Virus record (IMG/VR): IMGVR_UViG_3300029305_002190
Coordinates: 32,001 to 96,000 of that record
From: a virus
Lineage: Duplodnaviria > Caudoviricetes
Length of the DNA: 64,000 nucleotides
Reading direction: 5' to 3' (one strand)
Both the position numbers and the translations under genes were made by a program. The notes under the pieces are model-generated. The model was not told the DNA's origin. It did no database searches and was given only the letters and a program-made list of their open reading frames with translations. The first letter of the stretch is position 1; each line of letters opens with the position of its first letter. This document shows, in pieces, positions 21,301 through 28,927 of this stretch.

Positions 21301-22492
21301 TAGTACTGATGAGTATAATGAAAAATTAGCAGAACTAACAGATAGTCAATATGATGCAATTAAGTCTTACGAAGACGCAAAAGACGCTATTGTTGATCTA
21401 AATAAAACTCGTGCAGAAGCTGTCAAAAAATATATGCAAGAAGAAATTGACAAGTATGGAGAACTTATCGAAAAGAAAAAAGAATCTCTGAACGCAGACA
21501 AAGAGGCACGTGATTTTGAAAAGTCTGTGCAAGAATCAAACAAAAACATAAAAGACATTGAAAGACAAATAGCTGCTCTCCAAGGAAATACATCTTCTAG
21601 CGCCATGGCACAAAGAAAGCGTCTTGAGGCTGAATTGCTCAAAGCTCGTGAGGAACTAGATGATCTGTATTACGATCACAGTGTTGAGAAACAACAAGAG
21701 GCACTTGATAAAGAACTTGAGGATTACACTAAAAACAAAGAAGATCAGATGGATGCTCTTGATGAGTATTTGGAAAAAGAAGAACAGGTAATTGCTGATA
21801 GTTTTGATCTAATAGCTGAAAATACAAAAAATATTGCCGACGTTCTAATCGGTATTTCTCAGGAGTATGGCGTATCGATTTCCGATGCTGTTGCGGCACC
21901 TTGGATTAACGGGACAAATGCTATTGGAACATATCAAGAACAACTAAACACTTCTGTAAGTGCTACGACAAAAAATCTTGAGACTCTAAAGAAACAGTTA
22001 GAAGACCTGCAGACTCAGGCGGATAAGACTGCTAATAGCATTGTTAACGCAACCCATTCTACAATTGTTGAAACCAATGATGGTCATCAGACTAGTATTA
22101 AGGGTTATGCCAAGGGTAGCAAGAGTGTTGAGTATGACCAGTGGGCACTTATTGACGAACTTGGTGACGAATTACAAATTACACCAGACGGATCGGGTCG
22201 TTTGGCTTATATCAAGAAAGGTACTGGAATTTTAAACAACACTTTAACTGAGAGATTAATGGATCTAGCTATGGACCCCACTAGTATGATTGAAAATAGC
22301 AGACCTGTTATTGGAACTCCTGGCATTACAACAACCAATAATACAATTGAGATAGATGCCAGCGTCGGTACATTACTCCACGTAGAACATCTTGATGGCA
22401 ACAATCCTTCCGAAGTTGCTAAACTTATTGATAAGGCTTGGGAAAAGAAGATGCAAACACTTAATAACAGTATTAAAAAGTTTACAAGATAA
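9302..22492 (+). CDS. Giant tape measure protein (TP901-type core), 4396 aa
   Basis: Core EIDSALTELKKVT...DWARLG...NEVGNNYAVSS...GSALRTISLRLRG...AGKNRAN at about 14780-15680. Later FAGG...GELGPE and YAKG...DELGDE motifs. Largely helical. Confidence 0.93.
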   Translation: MGKDVKKRFTVSLDIETKDVEKQVKATVGNLKTILADLGKASDKMGYFKELVDYIGQIDTALTALRAKNKNAFDHMFDGLDADLKKAMEGIFDTSSKTMSALDALRGKLNDASKNGAGVKELRQIASEINDLFTSLGRAEPIDIDAQFSGRGKTEDRINILTDALDNFATVWDGVNNKVKSGFGFGGAGGIVEFSEEVQKEIDALEDKIKSIQDLMTELQNVFKMTKAFSDGKDVSLGFEATEESAKNLLEQFKLLSATRQKFLEDGDTSSPAYYENLIQYTKAATQLVALNDELAKSSKGSPKFLANALSGEFVDVYDFIESFDKKFVSGIQTSLSKIVSDAQTGIDKIKADALKNMSPSTAQGAGRPDGGNVPDGKVEKNKELSNSYEELSKKVNEYYDILQKRSKFDEDSDEYRQLSFSLDAISDSIKKIKSLNIDETMELTDVFGDLEYEEYGPEEALKRICKILQVEIPSAAKTAKKSLDELGGSTDGGTGVSSGGSGGTITNVDFTSLENTIKAEIASVANKLDSVFKVEVVKNDTSDIKNAIDGVKSTIEKISAEIDGYNALKKTNAQQAEVNAMKNNLTQLFKFVSEFNAKQIDGNYQHQEISAAILSDGSISTGYGEHGTVPWDRMASALVSNLTKSLMVDIHSHPWAQNGFLDRYANDSFSGSKGDLGAFRFSKELGAQMAAMITGNVMRTLDVSKLTDEQMRQFGKALAQIEKTQANTPEYSKYMEYKNDKLYYHSQPTLDEQHKVTEAFESLMYKAFKEIGLSKNKVDKEIFKKYDLTDDAQLTELAERLVHLSQSSQNALSPVERLSEIISHFSGDVNSKTAKENFEAFTKGELTAAEVFNNLNRDGHTLNQETLDSLYKIDSANEIPAVESLLTQVVSILNTIESSVANINNSTRQSTSGQFDTAINNILDIREGVKNKNILAGIKSIFDPLNISEYKNKEVLQIADGSILDAKDYIQDLFVQSHSDGSVNLDEMQVALDKFYLAMSNIQDAIKQVDLYEERTGKTYVDSDGDIAKLTLNDKYREITDDNLLQQLLYLLSQAKVDISKSKEFYQNGFGDKQTDYDYDNSQVSSVLQSIQSTLDSIYGVLHGFTGIEADNKNALKYKEPVVDTGINRKEFSEQDLSVLNSILQVLHGIDGYLSTNKPDDVTEKVTQDNTDISELVSFIRSKLSQQLATEDTLQSIKGAIEQIAELARSKDESKKDDGEDLTQNLNTLISALTANVSTLKDVANGIVQHQKAQKSDTSKAMARIQDPTEQQIISGIAKNSVIDLGTEVEIESLQALANGLVKVEGAFKNANGQWEGFAVKVNEANAAVDLAIKKQSVFARALNKAKDIDENTYQYNKEEVEARAQKHLEEYAAQGKNATVQFKDSGRYTITILEEIDGLSKQIFQTFDENDDKIERTTVTMSNKQKLKLENLQKKLIDNGLTNGLISDKDNEYKNYQAAADALSNMTNAYSQMDNISDVEIANWKQQIALVQQLGGQVEALINQRKAVNDQKVFESDRTKKLGRFNLDKANLESNIDMTKISDKLKSDIADAGKAIANATDADSLKIAINNWEALQNQIKATAVQQDLYIKKTKEISGGNTKKGQAYGTSQLQNFTARYNSLRTGASEVGLNEQSTVVANLANAYKQLQVAQSAFVAGEDKTSAEYAKKVEVFKAAQLACNNYARELNKVVTASKKLEAESVASDVLDEDFKDTIDGRKVALKDFVQTTYGSKAVVGEFTNQFNELNFVVKNGDGTFTRMTASINEARTAIHATAGATGEVTNKFKSFINELSGKFKSISTYFMASFGIEEVWQQLRQGIQYVREIDSALTELKKVTNETDASYDAFLQSMSKTGSVIGATVQDLTTMAADWARLGYSMEEAGKLAESTAILLNVSEFDDATAASEALISTMQAFKYTADDSQHVVDILNEVGNNYAVSSDGIATALQDSASALMEAGNNLEQSVALVAAANKVVQDPNSVGSALRTISLRLRGTSVEVLEELGEETDGAVESISKMQEKIKALTGVDILTDSGSYKETYTILKEIGTVWEDMSDIDQAALLELMAGKNRANTLAAILGNMEDLEGAYNDALKAEGSALKENEAYLDSIQGRIDLFKNSLQTMWMNFVDSSVVKFIVDIGTALIKTADAMGVLSTAAGGWAGIKTMISSIKTDFESISNGTFNKDIFGFKQMLESGDIAKKTIQEVDKAIQDQTDTKNKNAKATKEQINADIQKISTQQTENAVESAGAVQTGVDTAQKIANEKATWGQVAAERALAVAKGLVKGLLIGAVVSLAATAITGVISAISDASKRMDELTDSAIKSAEETKEAQESISDYKDEIADLGKVLNDNASSETELYDARKRLIEIQNELIDKFGLEAKGLDLVTDAINGQTNALDKLSQKSASDWMKENMEAYKEAKNEMAKTYDSNRELLLFGQSNSSVTGTSGTLANASQDVINDYQDGLKRIIEDEYGGTLSEKISSSVDDLGNTISFDNIYASFEGKTTEELDKVFDAIQTYLLDFENNYDGIDLSDEIIRVQNLRNKYVDEDYKKSRELYDSGRQQEAISNYAKEYGAILDAEEEIYNAKNDEEKLNALKEYRTALEAAKNAKTDDPHMDDYFDKIGKKFDEQEYELKVKLDEDGLKSNLEEIINSGGESGLSVLDDVAIQDMVNRGLNVEGATDSSGKYTQEQISGLIALQSEADKAGISVDSLISILTKLGLVAGKPIEQSAESVKAVAETYSTLRESVDGYNEVLTRTSEIVSDNTEVTQEYKDSLKSLGFSEEELADCFDENNKLIVKNAALLNKLVKQKKQDKTATVQQAKAYGQLQYKTTISQIGQLVNRMATEIKATGYVSAATLDNISVLREQLDVIKQTIQQYALLELSLSDAAQAYSDFEAAKQRDAQLTYGDSMVEMLDVINEGFKTGQVGTEAFQFAVKAIVPPEFYENIDDAQDRMQAIHDYVDKHPLFADYFTIDEGEISITMDNIKAFIKDCQDVGLFTGTDPYDFDLNSGFINDSEKEQISELNNELVKFQDTYNGTVDLVNRKRIDITEENIETVRGWGGSMAEVNVGDYMTVASQTYQDGKAAIVVTPILPNGELMKQDELDAYIDDVIAKTNAGSGNYADYDTKGILMGVFGDADTWEANLAASDEFVNRVHEIHEIINSFGDSVTLKDFADELGMTEAAALAMLTEFEKYDASWGDLIARLTTTGLDREINDATDALEKAITTQEEFIKSGQPLYDENGEITSGYKAVVDAVNKARDGLDNATQAAINNAQTYTQVESILKGMSGEMKYTQEQADALARSLGLIDENGHITINTETGALELTNEQVDILNQKLTGLEEPTMLDIQLAYDDIYGQVEELKSYLADPDNYDGTILADLELTDSSEAEVQAELDRLNSILGVLELHYNLSPSVEQNDGNLEKLGNWETNGINITITGDSSSFDAAVAEVNAVEMEDKPVNITADPTEANANIDSVDNNNIADKKPVIAMQGVSAALTNIYSIDSALDELPNYKSVTVDVIYRQTGSPPSGGVGVDGNFHVSGDAFAGGTIGAPRNETALMGELGPEILVRDGRWTTVGENGAEFTQVKKGDIIFNHKQSEQLLKNGYVTGRGKAYAGGTAYGFGIFDSYVGDDDAFKNGSDKWVNPGENAWSDAADDVSDAADDAEQIVDFIEMKLEEIEAIIEKTTTKIANFLDDTTSIKSKDELYDELIKAEKDKSEAYLKAAQKYNVEAAAALSGVPQQYQKMARNGAIAIKDFIGEDQVEIAEAIQEYRDWAAKADEAENGHLEAIAAISAHRVEQLEDIATDFENIVSISKSHSDLLQAEMDLIEESGNRLSESYYEELKKHSQKQLDDMQNERAALQKILDDSVAAGDVVIGSDDWYSMLETIYEVDQEIVDCKISLEEFQNAINELYWDNFDKLIDEIDNVNSELSNLYDLVSDTDNIVDDTGNWTDDGITALGLLAQQMENAQFKSQQYGEAIEKLKKDYADGLYSTDEYNEKLAELTDSQYDAIKSYEDAKDAIVDLNKTRAEAVKKYMQEEIDKYGELIEKKKESLNADKEARDFEKSVQESNKNIKDIERQIAALQGNTSSSAMAQRKRLEAELLKAREELDDLYYDHSVEKQQEALDKELEDYTKNKEDQMDALDEYLEKEEQVIADSFDLIAENTKNIADVLIGISQEYGVSISDAVAAPWINGTNAIGTYQEQLNTSVSATTKNLETLKKQLEDLQTQADKTANSIVNATHSTIVETNDGHQTSIKGYAKGSKSVEYDQWALIDELGDELQITPDGSGRLAYIKKGTGILNNTLTERLMDLAMDPTSMIENSRPVIGTPGITTTNNTIEIDASVGTLLHVEHLDGNNPSEVAKLIDKAWEKKMQTLNNSIKKFTR

Positions 22493-22495
22493 AAT

Positions 22496-22517
22496 GGAGG
22501 GGTGTAACAACCCCTCC
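22496..22517 (+). terminator. GC-rich hairpin between tape measure and Dit genes (no U-tract)
   Basis: GGAGGGGT-GTAACA-ACCCCTCC. Confidence 0.4.
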
Positions 22518-22519
22518 TA

Positions 22520-22535
22520 ACAATACATAATTAAT
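22520..22535 (+). promoter_or_regulatory. 16-bp repeated element copy (ACAATACATAATTAAT)
   Basis: One mismatch to consensus. Abuts the GGAGG RBS of the Dit gene. Confidence 0.7.
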
Positions 22536-22549
22536 GGAGGTGATTTTAT

Positions 22550-23692
22550 ATGTCAGTTTATTTACCCATTATTTCTTATAAAGGCAAAACAAATTATGAC
22601 TTTCAATTAACGGTAGCGCACTTTGACGCTGACTCAGGAGAATTTGACAGTTATCAAAATATGGAGCCAATTTATACTGAGAATTACGACGGGTCTTTGC
22701 GATATGATTTTGGAGCGAGATATACAGACGTGGCTCGTCCAGTAGTTACTTTTGTAGATCCTGATGGAGATAATATCTCTCCCTATAAAATTAAAGCAGT
22801 TTTACGTTGGCTAACTGGTGCAAAAGATGTATCATTTATGGACATTTGCGACGAAACAGGAGAGAGCATGTGCTCTTATATTGGCCGTTTTACCGATGTA
22901 AAATTATATAAAATTGATGCTCGTGTTGTGGGTATAACGGCTATGTTTACTAGTACTTCTCCTTTTGCGTATTCTCCAATTAAAGAGGCCAGGTTTACTG
23001 TTACTCAAGAAGGAACGGATTTTATAATCGATTGCGATAGCGATGATGAATATAATGTTCTACATCCTACGGTAGAATTTACAAACACTCAAGCAAAAGA
23101 CGAAACAAATCCAGACAAGATTATGTTGTCTCTGTACAACGAAACGATGAATAATGAAACAACTTTTAAAAATTTAAGCACTGGTGAAACTGTCACTATA
23201 AATAGTTCTCTTGCTGTCTACTCAAATAATACTGCACGTATTTTTAATGATGATTACAATTTTGAGTTCCCAGTTTTGAGTTGCGGTAGCAACAATTTTA
23301 CAGCAATTGGCGAAGGAGAATTAGTTATTCGTTTTAGATACCCTATGAAACTAGCAGACGGCCTACTAGACGCTCAACAGCTTAATAATAGCCCTGTCGT
23401 TTATGTTGAAGAAACTACTGTATTTATTAAAGGCGACCTTACTCAAAATCCACCTAACAACACCTCCATTAAAGTAAATGGTACAACACTAACTATTCGT
23501 GGAGATATGAAGTCTGTCAAGGTGCCTGGGTTTAGCGAGGTTGAGAATGGAAATCTATTTATTGATTACGGCAATGTCAATTGTGCATTTGACAGTCTAT
23601 ATGCAATTGTCGAAAATGGCGAACTCTTTATTGGTAAGGATCTTGATAAAGTCGATCCTGACTACAATTTTCCAGGAAGCAAAAATAAATAA
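22550..23692 (+). CDS. Distal tail protein (Dit-like) with C-terminal extension
   Basis: Follows the tape measure gene. RWLT, FTSTSPFAYS and FP.L..G.N motifs of Dit/phage tail family proteins. Confidence 0.75.
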   Translation: MSVYLPIISYKGKTNYDFQLTVAHFDADSGEFDSYQNMEPIYTENYDGSLRYDFGARYTDVARPVVTFVDPDGDNISPYKIKAVLRWLTGAKDVSFMDICDETGESMCSYIGRFTDVKLYKIDARVVGITAMFTSTSPFAYSPIKEARFTVTQEGTDFIIDCDSDDEYNVLHPTVEFTNTQAKDETNPDKIMLSLYNETMNNETTFKNLSTGETVTINSSLAVYSNNTARIFNDDYNFEFPVLSCGSNNFTAIGEGELVIRFRYPMKLADGLLDAQQLNNSPVVYVEETTVFIKGDLTQNPPNNTSIKVNGTTLTIRGDMKSVKVPGFSEVENGNLFIDYGNVNCAFDSLYAIVENGELFIGKDLDKVDPDYNFPGSKNK

Positions 23693-23718
23693 AGAAAAAT
23701 TAATATAGAAAGGAGGTA

Positions 23719-26700
23719 ATGCTTATGAGACTTCCCAAAAATATATTTAATAACACCTATACCAAGCCTAAGATTTTTCTGTGTGAAACTGATAAACAAA
23801 AAATGGGCGTATTAAACACAACAGACACGCATGTATCTCTAAAGTTCAAAGCATACAGCGAATTAACTTTCAATATAGATCGTACTTATATTGACACACT
23901 AACTGGCGATAAACAAACTCACCTGTTATATGATCGAATTGAACATCCTCGTCTGATTTTGCTTGATAATATTGGCTACTTCCAGATTCAAGCACCAGAC
24001 ATGTCTACGGATAGCTTTAAGGAAAGCAAAGCCATTGTTGCCTATTCATCGGAATATGCTTTGTCCCAAAAGTATATTGTTGATCTACATGTAAATACAG
24101 GTAAAGTTGACTCTGTTGAAGTTATTTATTCAGAAGAAACTGGCAGTGCGCTAGAACCAGTCGTTTTCTATAACCAAGCAAACCCAAGATTGAGTCTACT
24201 AGATCTAGCACTTGAAGGTGTGTACGGATGGAAAATCGGCCACATTGATGACTCTCTAAAAACATTATCCCGTTCTTTTGATATTGATAGGCAATCTGTG
24301 TATGATTTCTTGATGAATGACGTATGTAAAAAATTCAATTGTTATATTATTTTTGATACATTAAAAAATGAAATCAACATATACGCAGAGGCGAAAATCG
24401 CCAAATTTATTGGTGACGGCAGAACAAAAAAGTTTACAATATCTCCTTCATTTTATAAGATAAATACCGTATCTATTGATGGCTACAAAACAACTCAATG
24501 GGAATATGATAAAAAAACTGGTGCGCTGACATTTACAAAAGCACCTGAGAATTTATCCAATATTGAAGTTGTCGATGGTGGCCTAACGGAGTGGGAAACA
24601 GACGTGTTTGTCACTTTTGAAAATTTAGCAAAAGAAATGCAAGTGTCATATAATGCTGATGATATTAAGACCCAATTAACCGTTACTTATGGTGATGATC
24701 TAGATATTAGAGAAATCAATATGGGTTCTCCATACATAACCGACTTGTCTTATTACTATACGGTTGATTGGATGGGTCAGGATCTATATGATGCTTACAC
24801 AGCATACCTAAAGAAATCTCAAACATCTCAAACAAATTACACTAAGAACTCACAAGAGATGCTTGAAATTTCTGATCATCAGTATTTTGAAGAGCACAGA
24901 CTTTCTATGGCATATTCTACGATTACTGTTGATAGTAATACTATTGGTACTTATTATGTAAAAGATTCTTCTAACGGCGGATATTTCTTCAAAGAAGTTA
25001 CTTTGCCAGATGACTATAAGGCTTATACCACATACTATCAATTTGATGGCGTAAAGCTAACATCTGAAAAGGTAAATGATTTGTACATGGCCATTCGTGA
25101 TAATTTTAAAACTGGCTCTGTAGAAAAAATCAATGAACTTGCTGATGCATTTGAGTTTATGAATGACAGTGATAGTTATGGCATAGATTATTTGGCTAGG
25201 TATTTAAACAACTCTAATGCGCCAGAAAAAAAGAAATCTTATGTTATGAACTTCTTAAAAGAAATGTGGGAACAAGTTGGTAGAACTCCTCTAAAGTTTT
25301 TATATCAAGAAACATTTAAGATTCTACAGAGTACAAATATTGATTGGGCACAAGAACATATTGATCCTGATGGCAATAAAACATATCATGAAAATTATCC
25401 TTGGTATTATGCAATTTTATTGTTCTTGGAGTCTATAGATAGTGCCATCGCTCTAAGAGATCAGCAGACTGATAAACTGCAACAGGCATATGACAAGCTA
25501 CAAGCAGAAAACATTGAAATTAGCAACGGCCTTTTAATGGAGAATAATTTCACAGAAGCACAGCTGATTAGATTAAGTGCATTCATAAAAGAAGATGAGC
25601 TTCATGTTGAAGACATAATCGAAACTGAATATGATACCCTAGAAGATTCTTTTAAGGTCAAACAATACGCAATGGAAGCTGGCAGAATTGAATTGCACAA
25701 AAGAAGTCAACCACAATTGCAATTTTCTATGACAATGGCAAACATTTATGCCATTCCAGAATTTGAGCCAATCATTCATCAATTCCAACTTGGCAAAGTA
25801 ATTAAAGTCGGACTTCGTTTAGAGACTAAAATTGTAGAGTTTGTTGGAGATGGTGCAAGAAAACAATTTGTAATTGCTCCACCATTCTACAATGTTAAGA
25901 CTGTATCTATTGATGGCGTTGAAACAACTAACTGGCAGTATGATAACATAACTGGTCTTTTAATGCTAAAATCATATAGCGCACCAAAAAGAGGCACTCG
26001 TATCAAAGTTATTGGTGAAAATAACTATATTAAACAGTCTAGATTGCTACAAGTTGATATGGGATTAGATGATCTTTCAGATTTTCAAGCACAGTTTGGT
26101 GAACTAACAGATCTTCGTAATCAATCTGATATTCATGCAGACTTACTATCACAAGCTATTCAAGCTGGTAAATCAGTAGCTAGTTCACAAGACAATTGGA
26201 ACACTGGTGTGGATATGGCTATTAGCACAGATATTAAAATTCAACAGGGTCTGCTGGATTCTGCGACTGTGCTAAAATCAATGGATGGTACTCAGGGAAC
26301 AGAAATCGATAAATATGGTATACATCTTAGAAAAGTTAATCCAGATACAGGTGAAATAGATCCAAAACAAGGCTGGATTACAAATAATATGATGGCGTAC
26401 ACTGATAACAATTGGTTATCATCTAAGAGCGTATTTGGTGAATATCAAATCAAAGGAGAGTCGTCTCCAAGATGGGGTTTGCTTGCAGACGCTTGTATTG
26501 CTTCTTATATTGAAGGTTCAACGTTGATTGGTGGTAGACTTAGTATTGGTGAGCGATCAGATGGATCATATAACTTCTCTGTTGATTACGATGGTAACAT
26601 GATAGCTCAGAGTGCAGATGTTGTTGGTAAGATTACTGCAGATAGTGGCTCTATTCGTGGTGACCTTGAAATATCTGGTGCATTAAAACATACGAATGGC

Positions 26701-27927
26701 AATTATACCGTGCAACTTAGAGGAGTGCAAGAAGATCCAGCAGATAGTGTGTTTCATATTGCAGAAAAAAGCGGATATACAACTAAATATCCATTCCAAG
26801 TAAATGGCGATGGTAGTTTCGTTGCAACTAAAGCAACAATCACTGGTAAAATCACTACTGCAGATATTACGGCCACTGGCGGTGCTATTGGTGGTTTTAC
26901 TATCACAGATAAATATATTGCAAAAACAAAGAAAGCTTATAACGATACATCTTCTGGTGTCTATCTTGGTACTGATGGTATCGGACTAGGTGCAAATAAA
27001 TTCTACGTAACTTCCGCAGGTAAGCTAACTGCAGAAGATGCCATTATCAAAGGCAAGATCACAACATCGGACATCACTGCTACTGGTGGCACTATTGGTG
27101 GATTTACTATTTCATCGTCATATCTTACTAAAGATAAAAAATCTTATAGTGATGCCAATGATGGTGTGTATATTGGCACTACTGGTATTGGACTTGGAAA
27201 AGGTAAATTCTACGTAACTTCTGCAGGTAAATTAACGGCAACGGACGCTGTTATTACAGGTAAAATTACATCTACAGAAGGTACGATTGGTGGATGGACT
27301 ATTGGAAATAATATCATCAGCGGCAAGAGCGGTTCATATGAAGCTCGTATGTCTAAGGCTGCTATTGGTAGCTCTGGTAGTGTCGTATTTGGTGTTTATA
27401 ATGGAAGCAAGTGGTCTGCTTATATTGATGGTGTTGGTAAGTTATATGCAAGTGGTGCAAATATTGAAGGAACCATCAAGTCTAGTGACGCAGATATTGC
27501 AGGTAAAATAGTTGCAAATAGTGGTGTAATTGGTGGATGTCAGATCACTAATGGCACATTACAAATTAAAAGTGCAAATATACAGAACTTAGAGGTTGGA
27601 TCTATCAATGGAGAGAAAATCGAAAAGGGAACTGTTAACGGTAATAGGCTCGAAGGTAATACAGTTACAACTGCTTATACCAGTAGTGGAATTAATAAAA
27701 GTTTGGGATATGCAAACTTTTCTGATGACGTTTTTAATAATAGAGATAAAGCCAGTTATATTTTAACAAGTGTTATAGATGCAGACACAACATATACAGA
27801 TAGATTGAATGCAAATAGTATTAACGTATCAACAATTACATGGGGTTCTCAGTCTTTGGCGAAACAATCAGCAAGTGTAATGTTGGCAGATGGATCTACA
27901 CAAACTATCTATTATGTAGAGTGGTAA
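23719..27927 (+). CDS. Baseplate hub/tail spike protein (Tal-like) with repeated beta-rich C-terminus
   Basis: Follows Dit. YSELTF and WKIGHID motifs. G.I.A..G.IGGF repeats. Confidence 0.75.
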   Translation: MLMRLPKNIFNNTYTKPKIFLCETDKQKMGVLNTTDTHVSLKFKAYSELTFNIDRTYIDTLTGDKQTHLLYDRIEHPRLILLDNIGYFQIQAPDMSTDSFKESKAIVAYSSEYALSQKYIVDLHVNTGKVDSVEVIYSEETGSALEPVVFYNQANPRLSLLDLALEGVYGWKIGHIDDSLKTLSRSFDIDRQSVYDFLMNDVCKKFNCYIIFDTLKNEINIYAEAKIAKFIGDGRTKKFTISPSFYKINTVSIDGYKTTQWEYDKKTGALTFTKAPENLSNIEVVDGGLTEWETDVFVTFENLAKEMQVSYNADDIKTQLTVTYGDDLDIREINMGSPYITDLSYYYTVDWMGQDLYDAYTAYLKKSQTSQTNYTKNSQEMLEISDHQYFEEHRLSMAYSTITVDSNTIGTYYVKDSSNGGYFFKEVTLPDDYKAYTTYYQFDGVKLTSEKVNDLYMAIRDNFKTGSVEKINELADAFEFMNDSDSYGIDYLARYLNNSNAPEKKKSYVMNFLKEMWEQVGRTPLKFLYQETFKILQSTNIDWAQEHIDPDGNKTYHENYPWYYAILLFLESIDSAIALRDQQTDKLQQAYDKLQAENIEISNGLLMENNFTEAQLIRLSAFIKEDELHVEDIIETEYDTLEDSFKVKQYAMEAGRIELHKRSQPQLQFSMTMANIYAIPEFEPIIHQFQLGKVIKVGLRLETKIVEFVGDGARKQFVIAPPFYNVKTVSIDGVETTNWQYDNITGLLMLKSYSAPKRGTRIKVIGENNYIKQSRLLQVDMGLDDLSDFQAQFGELTDLRNQSDIHADLLSQAIQAGKSVASSQDNWNTGVDMAISTDIKIQQGLLDSATVLKSMDGTQGTEIDKYGIHLRKVNPDTGEIDPKQGWITNNMMAYTDNNWLSSKSVFGEYQIKGESSPRWGLLADACIASYIEGSTLIGGRLSIGERSDGSYNFSVDYDGNMIAQSADVVGKITADSGSIRGDLEISGALKHTNGNYTVQLRGVQEDPADSVFHIAEKSGYTTKYPFQVNGDGSFVATKATITGKITTADITATGGAIGGFTITDKYIAKTKKAYNDTSSGVYLGTDGIGLGANKFYVTSAGKLTAEDAIIKGKITTSDITATGGTIGGFTISSSYLTKDKKSYSDANDGVYIGTTGIGLGKGKFYVTSAGKLTATDAVITGKITSTEGTIGGWTIGNNIISGKSGSYEARMSKAAIGSSGSVVFGVYNGSKWSAYIDGVGKLYASGANIEGTIKSSDADIAGKIVANSGVIGGCQITNGTLQIKSANIQNLEVGSINGEKIEKGTVNGNRLEGNTVTTAYTSSGINKSLGYANFSDDVFNNRDKASYILTSVIDADTTYTDRLNANSINVSTITWGSQSLAKQSASVMLADGSTQTIYYVEW
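26810..27300 (+). repeat. 207-bp (69-aa) coding tandem repeat, about 2.3 copies
   Basis: TTCTACGTAACTTCxGCAGGTAA at 27001 and 27208. Confidence 0.85.
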
Positions 27928-27940
27928 GGAGGAAAAATAA

Positions 27941-28186
27941 ATGGATATAATTAAAACTTCAAACGGAAAAATATATGAATGTGACTTTTTGTCAGTGATA
28001 GACAATCCTTGCAGGATGTATATTCGAGTTGTAAATTCTACATTGCCAGAAATTGCAACTACGTTTGGTGACAAAGAAGAAACAAAGGAACTTTTGTATG
28101 GAGATATTTTATTAATCGGATATACTAAGTTGATTTCAATAGTAATAGAAGATACGGCAATTAGAGTCGTGCTTACTAGGGAATAA
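27941..28186 (+). CDS. Small hypothetical tail-associated protein
   Basis: RBS AAGGAGG, 81 aa. Confidence 0.6.
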   Translation: MDIIKTSNGKIYECDFLSVIDNPCRMYIRVVNSTLPEIATTFGDKEETKELLYGDILLIGYTKLISIVIEDTAIRVVLTRE

Positions 28187-28192
28187 TTTTAT

Positions 28193-28645
28193 ATGAACAA
28201 TCTAAAATATAAGGATTACGATCATATACTAAAAATGGAGCCAAATGAACTTTTGCAATTGAAACGCAAAAATGGTCTGGCTCTTTCTTTAATTGGTGAC
28301 ATTGTATATAGAATTTTATTCTCAATGAATTATAAACCAAAAGAGTTTTATGACATATGCCCATATTTTGAGATAGGACAAAATTGGGGTGGACTATCAT
28401 TAGGTTGGTTTTTTATATGCTGCAAAGATTCATCTGAGAGTCTAAAATGTCACGAAGTTGGTCATACATTACAAAACGCAAATATTGGTGGTTGGCATAT
28501 GTTGGCCCTTAGTCTTGGGTCTGTCGTACGTTATTGGTATCGTGAAATATTTGGCGCAAAAACACCTTATGATTCTTGGTGGTTTGAAGGACAAGCCACA
28601 GAGCTTGGAACAAAATATGCAAAAAATAGAAAAAGCAAAATGTAA
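28193..28645 (+). CDS. HEXXH-motif putative metallopeptidase-like membrane protein
   Basis: HEVGHTLQ with downstream WWFEGQA, and hydrophobic segments. Confidence 0.55.
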   Translation: MNNLKYKDYDHILKMEPNELLQLKRKNGLALSLIGDIVYRILFSMNYKPKEFYDICPYFEIGQNWGGLSLGWFFICCKDSSESLKCHEVGHTLQNANIGGWHMLALSLGSVVRYWYREIFGAKTPYDSWWFEGQATELGTKYAKNRKSKM

Positions 28646-28661
28646 GAAAGGATACGATAAA

Positions 28662-28874
28662 ATGGATAAAAATATTATTATAAAGCCTGTTACTCTAATT
28701 AGACAGGAATTTGTAGATACGCTCGTGGAAGAAATTAATAATTGTCAGTTGCCAATGTTTGTGATTGAGCCAATTCTTCAAGATTTGTTGGATCAAGTGA
28801 GAACTGCCGCTCAAAAACAATATGAAGCAGATAAGGCTCAATACGAAGCGCAACTGAAAGAAGTCGAGGAATAA
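28662..28874 (+). CDS. Small hypothetical protein
   Basis: RBS GAAAGGA before ATG 28662; the longer called ORF overlaps the upstream gene. Confidence 0.6.
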   Translation: MDKNIIIKPVTLIRQEFVDTLVEEINNCQLPMFVIEPILQDLLDQVRTAAQKQYEADKAQYEAQLKEVEE

Positions 28875-28927
28875 TACAGATTCCAATAACAGAGTAATAA
28901 AATACTTTTTATTGGAGGAGATTTATT

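Noticed and set aside
9469-22404. Many antisense and alternate-frame ORFs inside the tape measure gene (also in nrdJ, dnaE and the RNA ligase)
   Set aside because: These are shadow ORFs with no RBS or recognisable motifs.
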